Assembly: GCA_002269645.1 (NCBI GenBank)
Contig: NIVC01000322.1
Location: 124,001 to 188,000 of the forward strand
Reading direction: 5' to 3'
Source of the DNA: Macrostomum lignano
Lineage: Eukaryota
DNA length: 64,000 nucleotides
In this document: one piece after another, positions 1-11,999 of the stretch
Position numbering within the stretch: the first letter of the stretch is position 1
Layout of the letters: every line of letters starts with the position of its first letter
The notes under the pieces: generated by a model
What the model was told of the DNA's origin: nothing
Databases searched by the model: none
What the model saw: the letters and a program-made list of their open reading frames with translations, nothing else
Position numbers and translations under genes: made by a program

Positions 1-500
1 GGATGTGATTCTCCTTGGGTGTGATTCTCCTTGGGTGTGATTCTCTTCGGGTGAGATTCTCCTCGGGTGTGATTCTCCTTGAATGTGATTCTCCCTGGGT
101 GTGATTCTCCTTGAGTGTGATTCTCCTTAAGTGTGATTCTCCTTGAGTGTGATTCTCCTCGGTTGTGATTCTCCTCGGGTGTGATTCTTCCCGGGTGTGA
201 TTCTTCTCGGGTGCAATTCTCCTCGGGTTTAATTATCCTTGGGTGTGATTCTCCTTGGGTGTGATTCTTCTTGGGTGTGATTCTCCTTGGGTGTGATTCT
301 CCTTGGGTGTGATTCTCCTTGGGTGTGATTCTCCTTGGGTGTGATTCTCTATGGGTGTGATTCTCTTTGCAGTGTGAATCTCTTCGGGTGTGATTCTCCT
401 TGGATGTGATTCTTCTCTGCTGCGATTCTCCTCGGGTGTGATTCTCATTGAGTGTGATTCTCCCTGGATGTGATTCTCCTTGGGTGTGATTCTTCTCGTG
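1..500. repeat. Minisatellite, ~16-bp unit GGGTGTGATTCTCCT(T/C)
   Basis: Direct tandem repetition visible; runs off the left edge. Shares the GATTCTC core with the 2150-2950 array. Confidence 0.95.
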
Positions 501-616
501 AACTGTTCTATTCCTGACATGTGAAGGCGTGACTCTCTCTTTGGTATGTCTGTCTGGGCTGTGCCTAAGCTCTATCGGATTGAAATGCTTCTATGAAACA
601 TCTGGCACACCGTCAC

Positions 617-1114
617 CTGTCCACACTGTCGATCCTTCGACTTGCCGTCGGTCCCAGCGATCCGATGCAGACCACAAAGCAGCCGATGCCGACGTCCATC
701 AGTCCCGTGCCGAAGCTGTGCGTCTTACTGAAGTCGTTGTTCCAGCATGGCTGGTCCCTGGCGAAGATGCACACGGCGGTGCTGATGTACACTATCGATC
801 GGTAGATTGCCAGCAAGTCATTGTACGGCGGCGGAGGTCTTGTTATTTGCTTAGTCTCGGCGTCAACAGGTGCTTGCTGACCGTTCTCCAGCGCTTTTAT
901 GAATGCTGCATCCGTTTGTGCGCCGGCTTCGAGGTCTGGAGGCGTTGAACTGGCGCCCTGAGTCAGCCTCTTGTGCAGCCGACAGCCAAGGTACACCGCC
1001 ACGCAGACGGCATTGAATGTGAGGGAGAAAATAGCGTAGTTCTTCACTGGGAAGTCAAGTACGCAGACTGTGAATGGGATTGTCAGGATGCAGAACTGAA
1101 GCCAGGTGGCCGAT
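617..1114 (-). CDS. PIGW: PIG-W/GWT1-like GPI inositol acyltransferase, exon 3 (gene continues left of window)
   Basis: Translation contains LAIYRSIVYISTAVCIFARDQPCWNNDFSKTHSFGTGLMDVGIGCFVVCIGSL, recognisably matching the GWT1 motif (YR..T..ILAVDF..FPRRFAK..GTSLMD.G.G.FV). Acceptor ttgcag at 1116/1115, donor ag|gtgac at 616. Phase 2 matches the upstream exon. Confidence 0.72.
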
Positions 1115-1897
1115 CTGCAATTCCGGGAGTTGGTGAAGTGGCTCTTTGAAAACGGTACTTAGGCCAAGAAGCGTCCCAGAGACACTTGCGTCGCTTCAGA
1201 GTCGTTTCAGACTTGTTGCAGGTAACACAGGTAAAATAGGATAGAAATGACTCCAAACAACTCTTAAGCGATGAGACTTCACGGTAAAAGTCGCAAAAAA
1301 GTCGTCAAAGAATCGCATAAGAGTCACTTTAAGGTGCTTTATTGTCTACGACTCTGAAACGCCTTTGGGGCGACGCAAGTGACCCCGGGGCCGTAGAGTC
1401 GTATTTGAAGCGTGCCAGAGTCTCTGTAACAGCACTGAGTTGTGTTTGAAGCGCATTTGCGTCGTTTGAAGACTAAGAGTCACTTCTCTAGCAAAAGTAA
1501 GTTAAGCGCCAACTCAATGACTCTTGCACGACTCTTTTAGGATTCTAAAACTCACTTGACGGGCTTGCAACACAACAGTCACTTCTCAGTCGTTGAGTTC
1601 TTAAAAAGCCCTAAGAGTCGCCCCATGGTCGCCAGTGTCACTAAAGAGCTGTTAGCCACTCTCTCTCCGACTTTACGACCGCCTGTTGCTAAATTTAGCT
1701 TCAAGTGTTAGTTCATTCCTAGTCAATTTGTCCCACTAGCAATTGTACAATTTGGTAGCAGAGCGTGGTTAAAGACCTGCCAACCAGCCCGTCTTATAAG
1801 ATTCACCACAACGATCTTCATAGCAGAGAATGACTACGCGCATTATCTCCATCAAAGACTCTACTCTGTGCAGATGTCTCTCGCCCCTCACTCAGAC

Positions 1898-2105
1898 CTG
1901 GGCAGCAGCCGCAGCTTCCTGCTCGTCAGCAGATAGTCAACGCAGCGAACCAGCAGGATAGCAAAAATGAACACGCAGGTGCACAGAAAGGTCTCGTAGT
2001 ACTTTGACCTGGGCGGCATGTTCGTCAGCTCTCGGGTGAACGGTGGGCGAGGTAGAGAGTCCACCCGGAAGTAGTTTAGGATGAACAGGTGCGGCTTCCA
2101 CTGTT
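1898..2105 (-). CDS. PIGW: PIG-W/GWT1-like gene, exon 2
   Basis: Open frame QWKPHLFILNYFRVDSLPRPPFTRELTNMPPRSKYYETFLCTCVFIFAILLVRCVDYLLTSRKLRLLP with a hydrophobic segment. Acceptor ccttccag; donor GT at 1897 (alternative gtgagg donor 6 nt further, same phase). Phases 1 in and 2 out fit both neighbouring exons. Confidence 0.6.
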
Positions 2106-2149
2106 CTGGAAGGAGGCGGGTGCAGAGCTCTGGTTAGGAGTTGTGTCTA

Positions 2150-2952
2150 GGAACGATTCTCTGTTGGGCGACTTTTTATAGGGCCACTCTTTATTGGGCG
2201 ATTCTCCATGGGGCGATTCTCCATGGGATGATTCTCTCTGGGGCGATTCTCTCTGGTGCGATTATCAATTATCTATGGGGCGATTCTCTCTGTGGTAATT
2301 TCTCTGGAATGATTCTTTCTGGGGAGATTCTCTTTAGGGCGATTCTCTCTGTCGTGATTCTCTCTGGGGCGATTCTCTCTGGGGCGATTCTCTCTCGGGC
2401 GATTCTCTGTCGAGCGATTCTCTATGGGGTGATTCTCTCTGGGGCGATTCTCTATGGGGTGATTCTCTATAGGCCGATTCTCTCTGGGACGGATTCTCTA
2501 TGGGGTGATTCTCTATAGGCCGATTCTTGTTTGGAGTGATTTACTCTGGGGCGATTCTCTATGGGGTGATTCTCTCTGGGGCGATTCTCTATGGGGCGAT
2601 TCTCTCTAGTACGATTCTCTCAGTGGTGATTCTCTCTGGGCGATTCTCTCTGGGGCAATTATCTCTGGGGCGATTATCTCTGGGGCGATTCTCTCTGGTG
2701 CGATTCTTGTTTGGAGTGATTTACTCTGGGGCGATTGTCTATGGGGCGATTCTTGTTTGGAATGATTTACTCTAGGGCGATTGTCTATGGGGTGATTCTC
2801 TATGGGGTGATTCTCTATGGGGTGATTCTCTCTGGGGCGATTGTCTATGGGGTGATTCTCTATGGGGTGATTCTCTCTGGGCGATTCTCTCTAGGGCGAT
2901 TCTCTCTGGGGCGATTCTCTCAGTGGTGATTCTCTCTGAGGCGATTCTCTCT
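2150..2952. repeat. Minisatellite, 15-bp unit GGGGCGATTCTCT(C/A)T filling most of intron 1 of the PIG-W-like gene
   Basis: Direct tandem repetition visible. Confidence 0.95.
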
Positions 2953-2991
2953 GTAACAAATTAAATCAAACTAAAAAATGCAACTCCTCAC

Positions 2992-3133
2992 TTTTCACCG
3001 CATCGATCAGATCCTGGTCAGTAGCCAGCCTTGAGCCAATCTGCAGTTGCTGATGCCGCTTATCATGCAGCATCAGCGCTTGCCGCAGTTCTGGCGGCAG
3101 GTTCTGCTGAAAAACTGCTGGCAGAGTTGGCAT
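2992..3133 (-). CDS. PIGW: PIG-W/GWT1-like gene, probable exon 1
   Basis: ATG at 3133 opens MPTLPAVFQQNLPPELRQALMLHDKRHQQLQIGSRLATDQDLIDAVK, ending at a strong a|gtgagg donor. Length 142 nt gives phase 1, as required by exon 2. Confidence 0.5.
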
Positions 3134-3189
3134 GGCACCTTAAAATTGGCTGTCAGACAGTTTCTGAGATATTCTCGTAGCAACCATGG

Positions 3190-3640
3190 AGCAGTGTGTC
3201 GTTATTTATGAGCTCTCTCTGTCTCTCTTGTGAGGGTTTTGTGTGGAGCTGAAAACGCACACAATATCCACGCACGCCTCCTTCTCCCTTCTTCTCCTTT
3301 CGCCTCTTTCTCTTGCTTGAGCAGCCCTGAGTAATACACAATAGCTACGGCTGAAATGGCTTCTCAGACCCTACAGGCAACTGCCAACCACCTCACTTGG
3401 CAAAGTGTACACTGCCGTCGCAATGCAATAGGGAGTGCATGTCGCTTATAATACAGGTATGAAATGAATGAATGCTAGCTAGTTGTGTTCTTCAGTGTAC
3501 ACTGGGGGGGGGACAAGATTGCTGTACAATAGCTAAGTACATTTGTATATACGGCTCTTTGCATGAAGCGTGTTGCAGAGAATAAACACATAAACGGTAT
3601 TTGCGCAGGTGAATCAGTTAAATTACATTACAAGCAGGTA
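3190..3640. repeat. Dispersed repeat, unclassified; second copy at ~63400-63750
   Basis: Shares cagccctacaggcaa..gccaaccac, gtgtaca..tgcaatag, aatgaatgaatgc and cttcagtgtacactggg with the right end of the window. Confidence 0.6.
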
Positions 3641-4588
3641 GATAGCTAAATAAATATTGGACTCGTGAAAATTTAGTCTTAACTTTTGGAATAAACATTT
3701 TCTTACAGCAATCCATAGACTACAAATTAGTATTGCAAGACTCATTTTAGAACTAAACCAAGCTTTCTATTTGTTTTACACAGTGTGTTCAATTTTAGTT
3801 GTTAAGCATTATTCAACCGCTTAAATTTTTCCAGGCCTTATTAAAAGCTTTCGGACGCAAATTAATACACTGTAGCTACACTATTATTACACTCGTGAAT
3901 GTAAAAATTATCCATCGTAAATGATTTTGATTGGTTTTGCATCATAAAAGCTCCAATATACGAAAAATGAAACAATGAATCATAAGTGTCTGTCAAGAAA
4001 CTTTGATAAAAACTTTTTATGAATCAGAGTATAGTAGAGGAATAACTGGTGTCAAATATATTTAAATAGATTTTTAAAAAGAAACAGCTTTGTTTGTCGA
4101 ATTGTCATTGTCATTGTCATTGTGCCTTTGTCGAATATAGTGAAAAAGTACATGTAAGCTGTTGAAACTATTCAACGCTCTTATTATAAGTATTTTTGCT
4201 TTTTAAAAAGTACATGTATTCAGGTAATGTCTTAATAATCTTAATAAATCGGGTTATAATTCCAAACTACTCAAGGATTTGATAAAAAACGAGATCCGCA
4301 AGCATCACTACAATAGAGCCCTTTTAAAACATGTCTTCGAGCATTTATTGATTATTATTCGGCCCTACTATTGGAATTTCGCTAAATATATTGTTTTTCG
4401 GCGTCAGAGGCTTGCATTGAAAAATTAAACAAATTCTGTATACTGTAAACAGAAGGCATGCTTGCATTCGGATAAGTACTTACAGACGGTTATTAACAGT
4501 CACTTTAACAACGTTAGAAATATGATTTTGTGAATAAAAGTCTCCATGCGCGGTTCCTGTTGTCAGGCGGTCCCTGCAGCTTCTCGAA

Positions 4589-5332
4589 TCAATCAAATGG
4601 CGACGGGAACTCGCACAGAACATTGGAAACAGCACCGTACGTGCCGCCGATATCCGTAAGACCCACTGGGTCCTGATATTTTCCAATTGCATTGTCTCCT
4701 CCGAAGTAGTTATCGGGCTGGTCAGTGGCCCAAAAAGCGGAATCAACGTTGATGTTGCAGCCGACCCAGTACCAGCCGCCAGCCGGCTCCGCACTGCCTT
4801 CTGGCTGAAGTCCTCCGAGCCAGAAGTTCGAATTACTACCATTGGTGAAGATCGAGTCCACGTGGCTCATCTCCTGCTCGCTGGTCACGTCGGCCCTGAT
4901 GACCAGACCGCTCTCTGACTCGCACTTCTGCCTGCTCAGCCACCACGTCCCGATGCCAGAGTACAGTCTGTACTTCACTCCGCACAGGTCCATGCCGTAG
5001 CCAGACGGACACAGCGCGCCCGCCTCGAGTCCCGGCCGCTGCTTGACGAACACCCGGCCTCTCCTGGAGCAGCCGCAGCTCCTCACCGACTTGCTGCACT
5101 TGTCGAACACGAACAGCTGGCACGGACCGTCAGCCAGGCTGAACGCCTGACAGCGCAGCTATTCGGAGCACAGAGAGGCGCAGCCAACATTGCTGACTTC
5201 GTTTGGGTAGGACTGAACAAACTCATCGTTGATGCAGAGGCTGCCGTCAATGAGGGTGTACACCTGCTGACTGGCAGCGGTGAGGCTGAGGACAAGACTT
5301 ATCCAGGCCACAATGTTCGATACGCTGACCAT
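4589..5332 (-). pseudogene. PAN/Apple + C-type lectin gene copy 1, full length with one in-frame TAG
   Basis: ATG 5332 (MVSVSNIVAWISLVLSL) to TGA 4589 = 744 nt. The codon that is AAG (K) in sister copies is TAG at 5159-5161. C-terminus WLGG..QPDN..VLCE. Confidence 0.85.
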
Positions 5333-5904
5333 TTTTGCTCGTGTAGCTGTCGGTAGCCTGCTAGGTTTTTTCTAAATTTGTCGAAGTAATAACCAGAGAC
5401 GATGCAAATTGCTTAAACTTGAAAATTTCCAACAAATAACCGATTATATTTGCTTTTTCCGACCAATTGTGGGGCTATAGCTCATCGGAGAATTTCTTAT
5501 TGGTGGAAAATTTCAACTCCCAGATGTGATTGCCACACCATGTTGACTTAAGCCCTAGCGACCACGGGCAGATGGTGCTGCGCAAAGAGATCCGGTGGTG
5601 CTGGTGTCCGCAGCGGGTGCCCCTTCGGAGAGTCCATGAGGTGGATGGCCGCTCGCCGGCTAGCCCTTAGGTAGGTAGCTTAAGAGCTGGCAGAAACTCT
5701 CAGGCCTGAAACGGTCCGAGTTTAGGCCCGAGGTACGCTCGTAGGTGAGCCTGGCCTGAGTAAAGGATGAACAGTCACAGATAAAGTGCTCCGCATTCTC
5801 GACACCGGAGTCTCTTGGTGGGCGCCGTTTTTGCTATTCCCCCAAGCCTTGACATCTCGAAAATTACTTCAGCAAGCTTTGACATCTCAGCAATTCCCCC
5901 GAGC

Positions 5905-5975
5905 AAGTACTCCCCAGATAGCAAGCATCCCTAGAAAGCAAGAACCGCCCCCTCTCCCAGAAAACAGTTTCCCCA
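5905..5975. repeat. Degenerate CCCCAGATAGCAAGCA minisatellite remnant
   Basis: ccccagatagcaagcatccc units visible. Confidence 0.7.
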
Positions 5976-6811
5976 GCTAGTGCAATCGCTCGTAATCCCT
6001 TTTTCGTCTAGTGAAATAATGCTTTCCTCATATGTATTGCAATCATCAATTTTTCAGCCAGTTCAATAACCCAGGCCTCAGCTACTGCAATAGTCTTTTT
6101 CTCAGCTAGTAAAAAAATTAACTTATTTTATGACACTTTATGCTGTACTATTTTATCATAAGTAAAAATGAACTACAAGGAATAGATCTTTTGCTCCAGA
6201 TTTTCATAAGTCATTTTTTTGGCAATTATAATCCTACTTAGCGACCAGACTTATCTTTATCAGCATATTTTCATATTTTTATACACTTTACAATGCATTT
6301 TATTGTTTTTAATATGCGCTACTCAAAATAGTACGGAGTAGCGCGTGAGAAAATACAAAAATCGCAAGTCCACAGCCGGTACCGGCTAAACTCCCTCGGC
6401 AATTCCCGCATGCATACATTATGGTTGACATGGCGCTTCTTTTATCAATTCGATCCATACCTCAGTGGTCTTCGCTGAAGCATCTTCTCATATGGCGGAA
6501 ATGCTATCATTTATTTCCATCAGTAACTTATTCAATCGAGGCTGCAATGAATTCAATGAAGGAAGAGTTATCAAGGGCGCTGGAGCATTAAACGAAAAGT
6601 CGTCGGAGTTTACCCTTGGGTTGGTACGTTGCTACTACATACTACACGGATGCAATACATTTATGAATACGAGCCAATGCAGCAAATAGTTTGGAATTCC
6701 TTCTTCCGAAAAGAAAACAGTAGTGCTTCAAAGCAGCAATTCAGGCACTGAGGTGGTATACGTGCGCCTAACTTCCTTCTCTGTATGAATTTTGCTGTAG
6801 TAATGCAGACT

Positions 6812-6912
6812 TAAGCGTCTTGCTCAAGGACACAAATCGTTTCTAGTGGGTCCAAATCGAACTCCTGACCTTTCAGTTGTGAGTCCGACGCTCTAACCAC
6901 AAGGCTAAAGCC
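6812..6912 (-). mobile_element. tRNA-derived CORE-type SINE (5' part), head-to-head with the next copy
   Basis: Reverse complement reads ggctttagccttgtggttagagcgtcggactc..gagttcgat..tgtgtccttgagcaagacgcttaa: A/B boxes followed by a MIR-like CORE start. Confidence 0.65.
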
Positions 6913-6946
6913 ATTAGATAAGGAGGCTTCTGCCAACTGCCAAAGT

Positions 6947-7195
6947 GGTTGTAGCTTAGTGTTGATAAAGCGTCGGACCCACGACTGAAAGGCATAGGTT
7001 CGATTCTCGACCGACTCGGAAAGATTTGTGTCCGTGAGCAAGACGCTTAACTCTGCATTGCTTCAGTTCACCCAGCTGTAAAATGGGTGCTCATAGTCCT
7101 TGGACGGAGAAGCCGTACGCAGCCTTCAGATGCGCCGCACAATAGCTGCGGCTAAGCTGTCGGTTGCGAATCTGGCCCAATTGGACAGGTGCAAT
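6947..7195 (+). mobile_element. tRNA-derived CORE-type SINE
   Basis: B-box ggttcgattc, then tgtgtccgtgagcaagacgcttaactc..cttcagttcacccagctgtaaaatggg, resembling the MIR/CORE domain. Confidence 0.7.
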
Positions 7196-7519
7196 CAGTT
7201 ATTAACTATTTTTCTGTAGTCAACTACATGTAAACCAATCACTCTAAACAGCTGCAACAGCAAGCAGAGCCAACTAAGCGCAGTGGTGCCTGACCCCGAG
7301 TAAGCGCAATTATCATCTGGCTTAGTCTGCAAAAAAACAAATGAGACATTTGCTGTGACACTAAATGCATACGGAATTTATTTATTTATTTCATTTTACA
7401 TTCGCCACGTCATAAATTTTGGACAGAGCACAGAAAATCCTCTGTGTGATACATGTGGGATTTACTGTGAGACAGATTGAGACCGGTGAGTTTGCTCCAA
7501 TCAGCGAAGTTTGGCTTCT

Positions 7520-7796
7520 TCGTGGTTGACATGGCGCTTCTTTCATGGTTGACATGGCGCTTCTTTTATGGTTGACATGGCGCTTCTTTCATGGTTGACA
7601 TGGCGCTTCTTTCATGATTGACATGGCGCTTCTTTCTTGGTTGACATGGCGCTTCTTTTATGGTTGACATGGCGCTTCTTTCATGATTGACATGGCGCTT
7701 CTTTCTTGGTTGACATGGCGCTTCTTTCATGATTGACATGGCGCTTCTTTCTTGGTTGACATGGCGCTTCTTTCATTGTTGACATGGCGCTTCTTT
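7520..7796. repeat. 23-bp satellite (GGTTGACATGGCGCTTCTTTCAT), ~12 units
   Basis: Direct tandem repetition with period 23. Confidence 0.95.
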
Positions 7797-7797
7797 G

Positions 7798-8025
7798 TCG
7801 GGGGTTCAATTCCCGATCCCATTGGAACGATTGGTGTCCTTCAGTAAGAAGTCACTTAACTCTGCATTTCTTCAGCTCACCCAGCTGTAAAATGGATGCC
7901 AGCTTTAGCAGGGGTAATTGAGGGTGGGTGTGTGGCGACCCCCAGTCCTTGGACTGAACAGCCGTACGCAGCCTTCAGATGCGCCAAGCAGTAGCTGCGG
8001 CTGAGCAGTCGTTTGCACACCTGTC
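7798..8025 (+). mobile_element. CORE-type SINE, 5'-truncated, same family as 6947-7195
   Basis: ggggttcaattc..gtgtcc..cacttaactctgca..cacccagctgtaaaatgg and the shared tail gtccttggac..cagccgtacgcagccttcagatgcgcc. Confidence 0.7.
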
Positions 8026-9093
8026 TAATATGGTAGGTTTAATCAATTATTATTATTATTCATTATTCATTAAAAAATATTTTAATAAAAACATTTACAG
8101 TATCAAACCACGAAATCAGCGACCTCCATTAGGGAGGCAACAAAGAAAAAAAAATAAAAAAAACGACATGTAGCTCTTAAGCTTGAGCTTTTACAGTCGC
8201 TATTGTTAGTATCCTTTGAAAGAAGATGTTTAAAGCAAAATGCATCAGCCCTAAAAGACAGCTATCTAAGCATAAAGATATCAGCATCCCCTGTGAGATT
8301 TGGCTTCAAAGCTTCCCTTTAAGCCATGGCTTAACCCTATCTCTCCCTTTGAAATACTTGTACCTTTGGCTTGGCCAACCAAAAACTTCAAATTGACCCC
8401 TTGGCATCTTAACAAATCCCATGAACTACAGCTTCTCAGTAATTCCCTGACAAGTAACTTTTGATGGAAACTGTTTATACATCAGGGTATAACTGAGGTC
8501 AAATCTATTTAAATAGCTCAAACAAATTTGCAACAAAAAAGTGACAGTTTTGTTTATTTCAGAGAAAGTTAGGTTGAAAATAGCAGTAAAATCTTGGCAC
8601 TGCTGCATAAAGTTTCAATAGCTGAACTACTCAATTCACACTCGACAACAGTGACAAAGTAACCTGCTAAAGCTCTTAACGCTCGTATTAAAGATTTTTG
8701 CTTTTTTACGTCGTTATACGAGTAGCTCGTAAAATTAGACAAATATTCCAAACTTGATTTCATAACAAACAGACAAAAGATCCACAGACACACTACATTC
8801 GAGCCCTTTTAAACGTGTCTTCGAGTAGTTATTGATTTTTATTCGCCATTATTATTGGATTGTTAAATACATCATTTTGTTGTTGCTTACGGAGTCAGAG
8901 GGTTGCACTGAGAAATTTAACAAAAATCTGTCTACTGTAAACAGAGCTAGGGAATCTTTGCATTAATATAGTTAATCATTTTTGGATACCTACCCACCGT
9001 TATTGACGTCACTTTGATACCGTTAAAAATATTATAATTTGTGAATCAATATGGAACGGCTCCTATTGTCTGGCACTGCCTAGTTTCTCAGAA

Positions 9094-9252
9094 TCAAGCA
9101 AAAGGCGACAGGCACTCGCACAGAACATTGGAAGAAGCACCGTACGAGTCGCTGATATCCGAGAGACCCATGAAATTGAGATATCTTCCTCACCGACTTG
9201 CTGCACTTGTCGAACACGAACAGCTGGCACGGACCGTCAGCCAGGCTGAACG
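9094..9252 (-). pseudogene. PAN-lectin copy 2, internally deleted relic
   Basis: FSLADGPCQLFVFDKCSKSVR is joined out of frame directly to YLNFMGLSDISDSYGASSNVLCECLSPFA*. The lectin 3' flank continues at ~8380-9090. Confidence 0.85.
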
Positions 9253-9254
9253 AC

Positions 9255-9605
9255 ATAAACAATGAAGCAGCCAAGACAATGGAATCCAGCAAACAATCAG
9301 GGGTCCTTAGTGGAATGCAGAAAAGCAGGAAAAATCTACAGCAGCCACCATCCATTTCAAAGTTAACTAAAGCTCAAAGATGAGGCAGCTGACAGGCAAA
9401 GGCGGCTTTGGCCGGAGAATATTAGATGAGCCGGGCACGGACGCCGCTCCTGGGGAGGAGCCAGCGGGTGCGCCTAAGACCGATGGCCAACTCCGAGGAG
9501 CGTAGCAACCGAGGGATGGACGCGCGGATCGGGCCACACAAGAGGGCAGTGAAAGAACTTAGGACTGACTCCCCCAAATACTCCAACTCAACCAGCGTCT
9601 CTTTT
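9255..9605 (-). mobile_element. Dispersed repeat, possibly a degraded L1/Tx1-like LINE fragment
   Basis: Same sequence recurs at ~27560-27900, ~46120-46490 and ~54940-55330. Weak YLG and PRL..GLA-like peptide resemblance only. Confidence 0.35.
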
Positions 9606-9626
9606 TTGTTTAAAAAGGTGGCTCAT

Positions 9627-11995
9627 TAATGTTTGACATGGTAGCTCTTCTATATTTGACATGGTAGCTCTTTTGTGTTTGACATGATAGCTCTTTAATG
9701 TTTGACATGGTGGCTCTTCTATATTTGACATGGTAGCTCTTTTGTGTTTGACATGATAGCTCTTTAATGTTTGACATGGTGGCTCTTCTATGTTTGACAT
9801 GGTAGCTCTTTAATGCCAACATAGTGGCTCTTCTATATTTGACATGGTGTCTTCTATGTTTGACGTGGTGGCTCTTTTGTGTTTGACATGATAGCTCTTT
9901 AATGTTTGACATTGTGGCTCTTCTATGTTTGGCATGGTAGCTCTTTAATGTTGACATGGTGGCTCTTATATGTTTGACATGGTAGCTCTTTAATGTTTGA
10001 CATGGTAGCTCTTTAATGTTTGCCATGGCGGCCCTTTTACGTTTGAAATGTTGTCTCTGTTATGTTTGACATGGTGTCTCTTCTATGTTTGACATGGTGG
10101 CTCTTTTGTGTTTGACATGATAGCTTTTTAATGTTTGAAATGGTGGCTCTTTTATGTTCGACATGGTGGCTCTTTAATGTTCGACATGGTGGCTCTTCTA
10201 TTTTTGACATGGCGGCCCTTTTACATTTGAAATTGTGTCTTTTTATATTGGGCATAATGGCTCAATAATGTTTTGACATGGTAGCTCTTTTATGTTTGAT
10301 ATGGTGGCTCCCTTATGTGTGACATGGTGTCTTTTTTATGTTTAATGTTTGACATGGAGTTATATATGTTTGACATGGTGGCTCTTTTATGTGTTTTATC
10401 TCTTTTATGAGTAAACAAACAAGCTCTTTAATGTTTGACATGGTGGCTCAATAATGTTTTGACAGGGTGTCTCTTTTATGTTTAATGTTTGACATGGAGT
10501 CACATATATGTTTTGCATAGTGGCTCTTTTATGTTTGAGAGGGTGGCTCTTTAATGTTCACCATGGTGGCGCTTTAATTTTTGACATGGAGTCACGTATA
10601 TGTTTGACATGGTGGCTCTTTTATGTTTGGCATAGTGGCTCTTTTATGTTTGACATGGTGGCTATTTTATGTTCGACATGGTGGCTCTTTAATGTTCGCC
10701 ATGGTGGCTCTGTTATGTTTGACATGGTGGCTCTTTAATGTTTGACATGGTGGCGCTTTAATGTTCGACATGGTGGCTGTTTTATGTTTGACATGGTGGC
10801 TCTTTAATGTTGGATATGGTGGCTTTTTATGTTTGACATGGTGGCTCTTTAATGTTTGACATGGTGGCTCTTTAATGTTTGACATGGTGGCTCTTTAATG
10901 TCTGACATGGTGGCTCTGTTATGTTTGACATGGTGGCTCTTTAATGTTTGACATGGTGGCGCTTTAATGTTCGACATGGTGGCTGTTTTATGTTTGACAT
11001 GGTGGCTCTTTAATGTTGGATATGGTGGCTTTTTATGTTTGACATGGTGGCTCTTTAATGTTTGACATGGTGGCTCTTTAATGTTCGACATAGTGGCTCT
11101 TTAATGTTTGACATGGAGTCACGTATATTTTTGACATGATGGCTCTTTAATGTTTGACATGGTGGCTCTTTAATGTCTGACATGGTGGCTGTGTTATGTT
11201 TGACATGGTGGCTCTTTAATGTTTGACATGGTGGCGCTTTAATGTTCGACATGGTGGCTGTTTTATGTTTGACATGGTGGCTCTTTAATGTTGGATATGG
11301 TGGCTTTTTATGTTTGACATGGTGGCTCTTTAATGTTTGACATGGTGGCTCTTTAATGTTTGACATGGTGGCTCTTTAATGTTTGACATGGTGGCTCTTT
11401 TATGTTCGACATGGTGGCTCTTTAATGTTCGCCATGGTGGCTCTGTTATGTTTGACATGGTGGCTCTTTAATGTTGGATATGGTGGCTTTTTATGTTTGA
11501 CATGGTGGCTCTTTAATGTTTGACATGGTGGCTCTTTAATGTTGGACATGGTAGCTCTTTAATGTTTGACATAGTGGCTCTTTAATGTTTGACATGGAGT
11601 CACGTATATTTTTGACATGATGGCTCTTTAATGTTTGACATGGTGGCTCTTTTATGTTTGATATCGTTGCTCTTTTATGTCTGATATGGTGGCTCTTTTA
11701 TGTTTGGCATGGTGGCTCTTAAATGTTCGACATGGTGGCTCTTTAATGTTTGGCATGGTGGCTCTTTTATATTTGGCATGGTGGCTCTTTTATGTTCGAC
11801 ATGATGGCTCTTTTATGTTCGACATGGTGGCTCTTTAATGTTCGATATGGTGGCCCTTTTATGTTTGACATGGTGGCTCCTTTATATTTGGTATGGTGGC
11901 TCTTTTATGTACGACATGGTGGCTCTTTAATGTTTGACATGGTGCCACTTTTATGTTTGACATTGCGCTTTTTTATGTTTAGCATTTTGTGTTTT
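9627..11995. repeat. 23-bp satellite ATGTTTGACATGGTGGCTCTTTA, ~100 units with higher-order repeats
   Basis: Period 23 (e.g. gacatgg at 11041 and 11064). Longer blocks recur, e.g. around 10667-10885, 10849-11091 and 11055-11366. Confidence 0.97.
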
Positions 11996-11999
11996 TAAG

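Noticed and set aside
233-2929. Repetitive ORFs such as ESHPRRITP and GAILSGAIL as real proteins
   Set aside because: They are translations of GATTCTC minisatellites lying in introns.
5159-5161. Programmed stop readthrough or recoding of the TAG in copy 1
   Set aside because: Sister copies have AAG, so a single substitution explains it. There is no supporting recoding signal.
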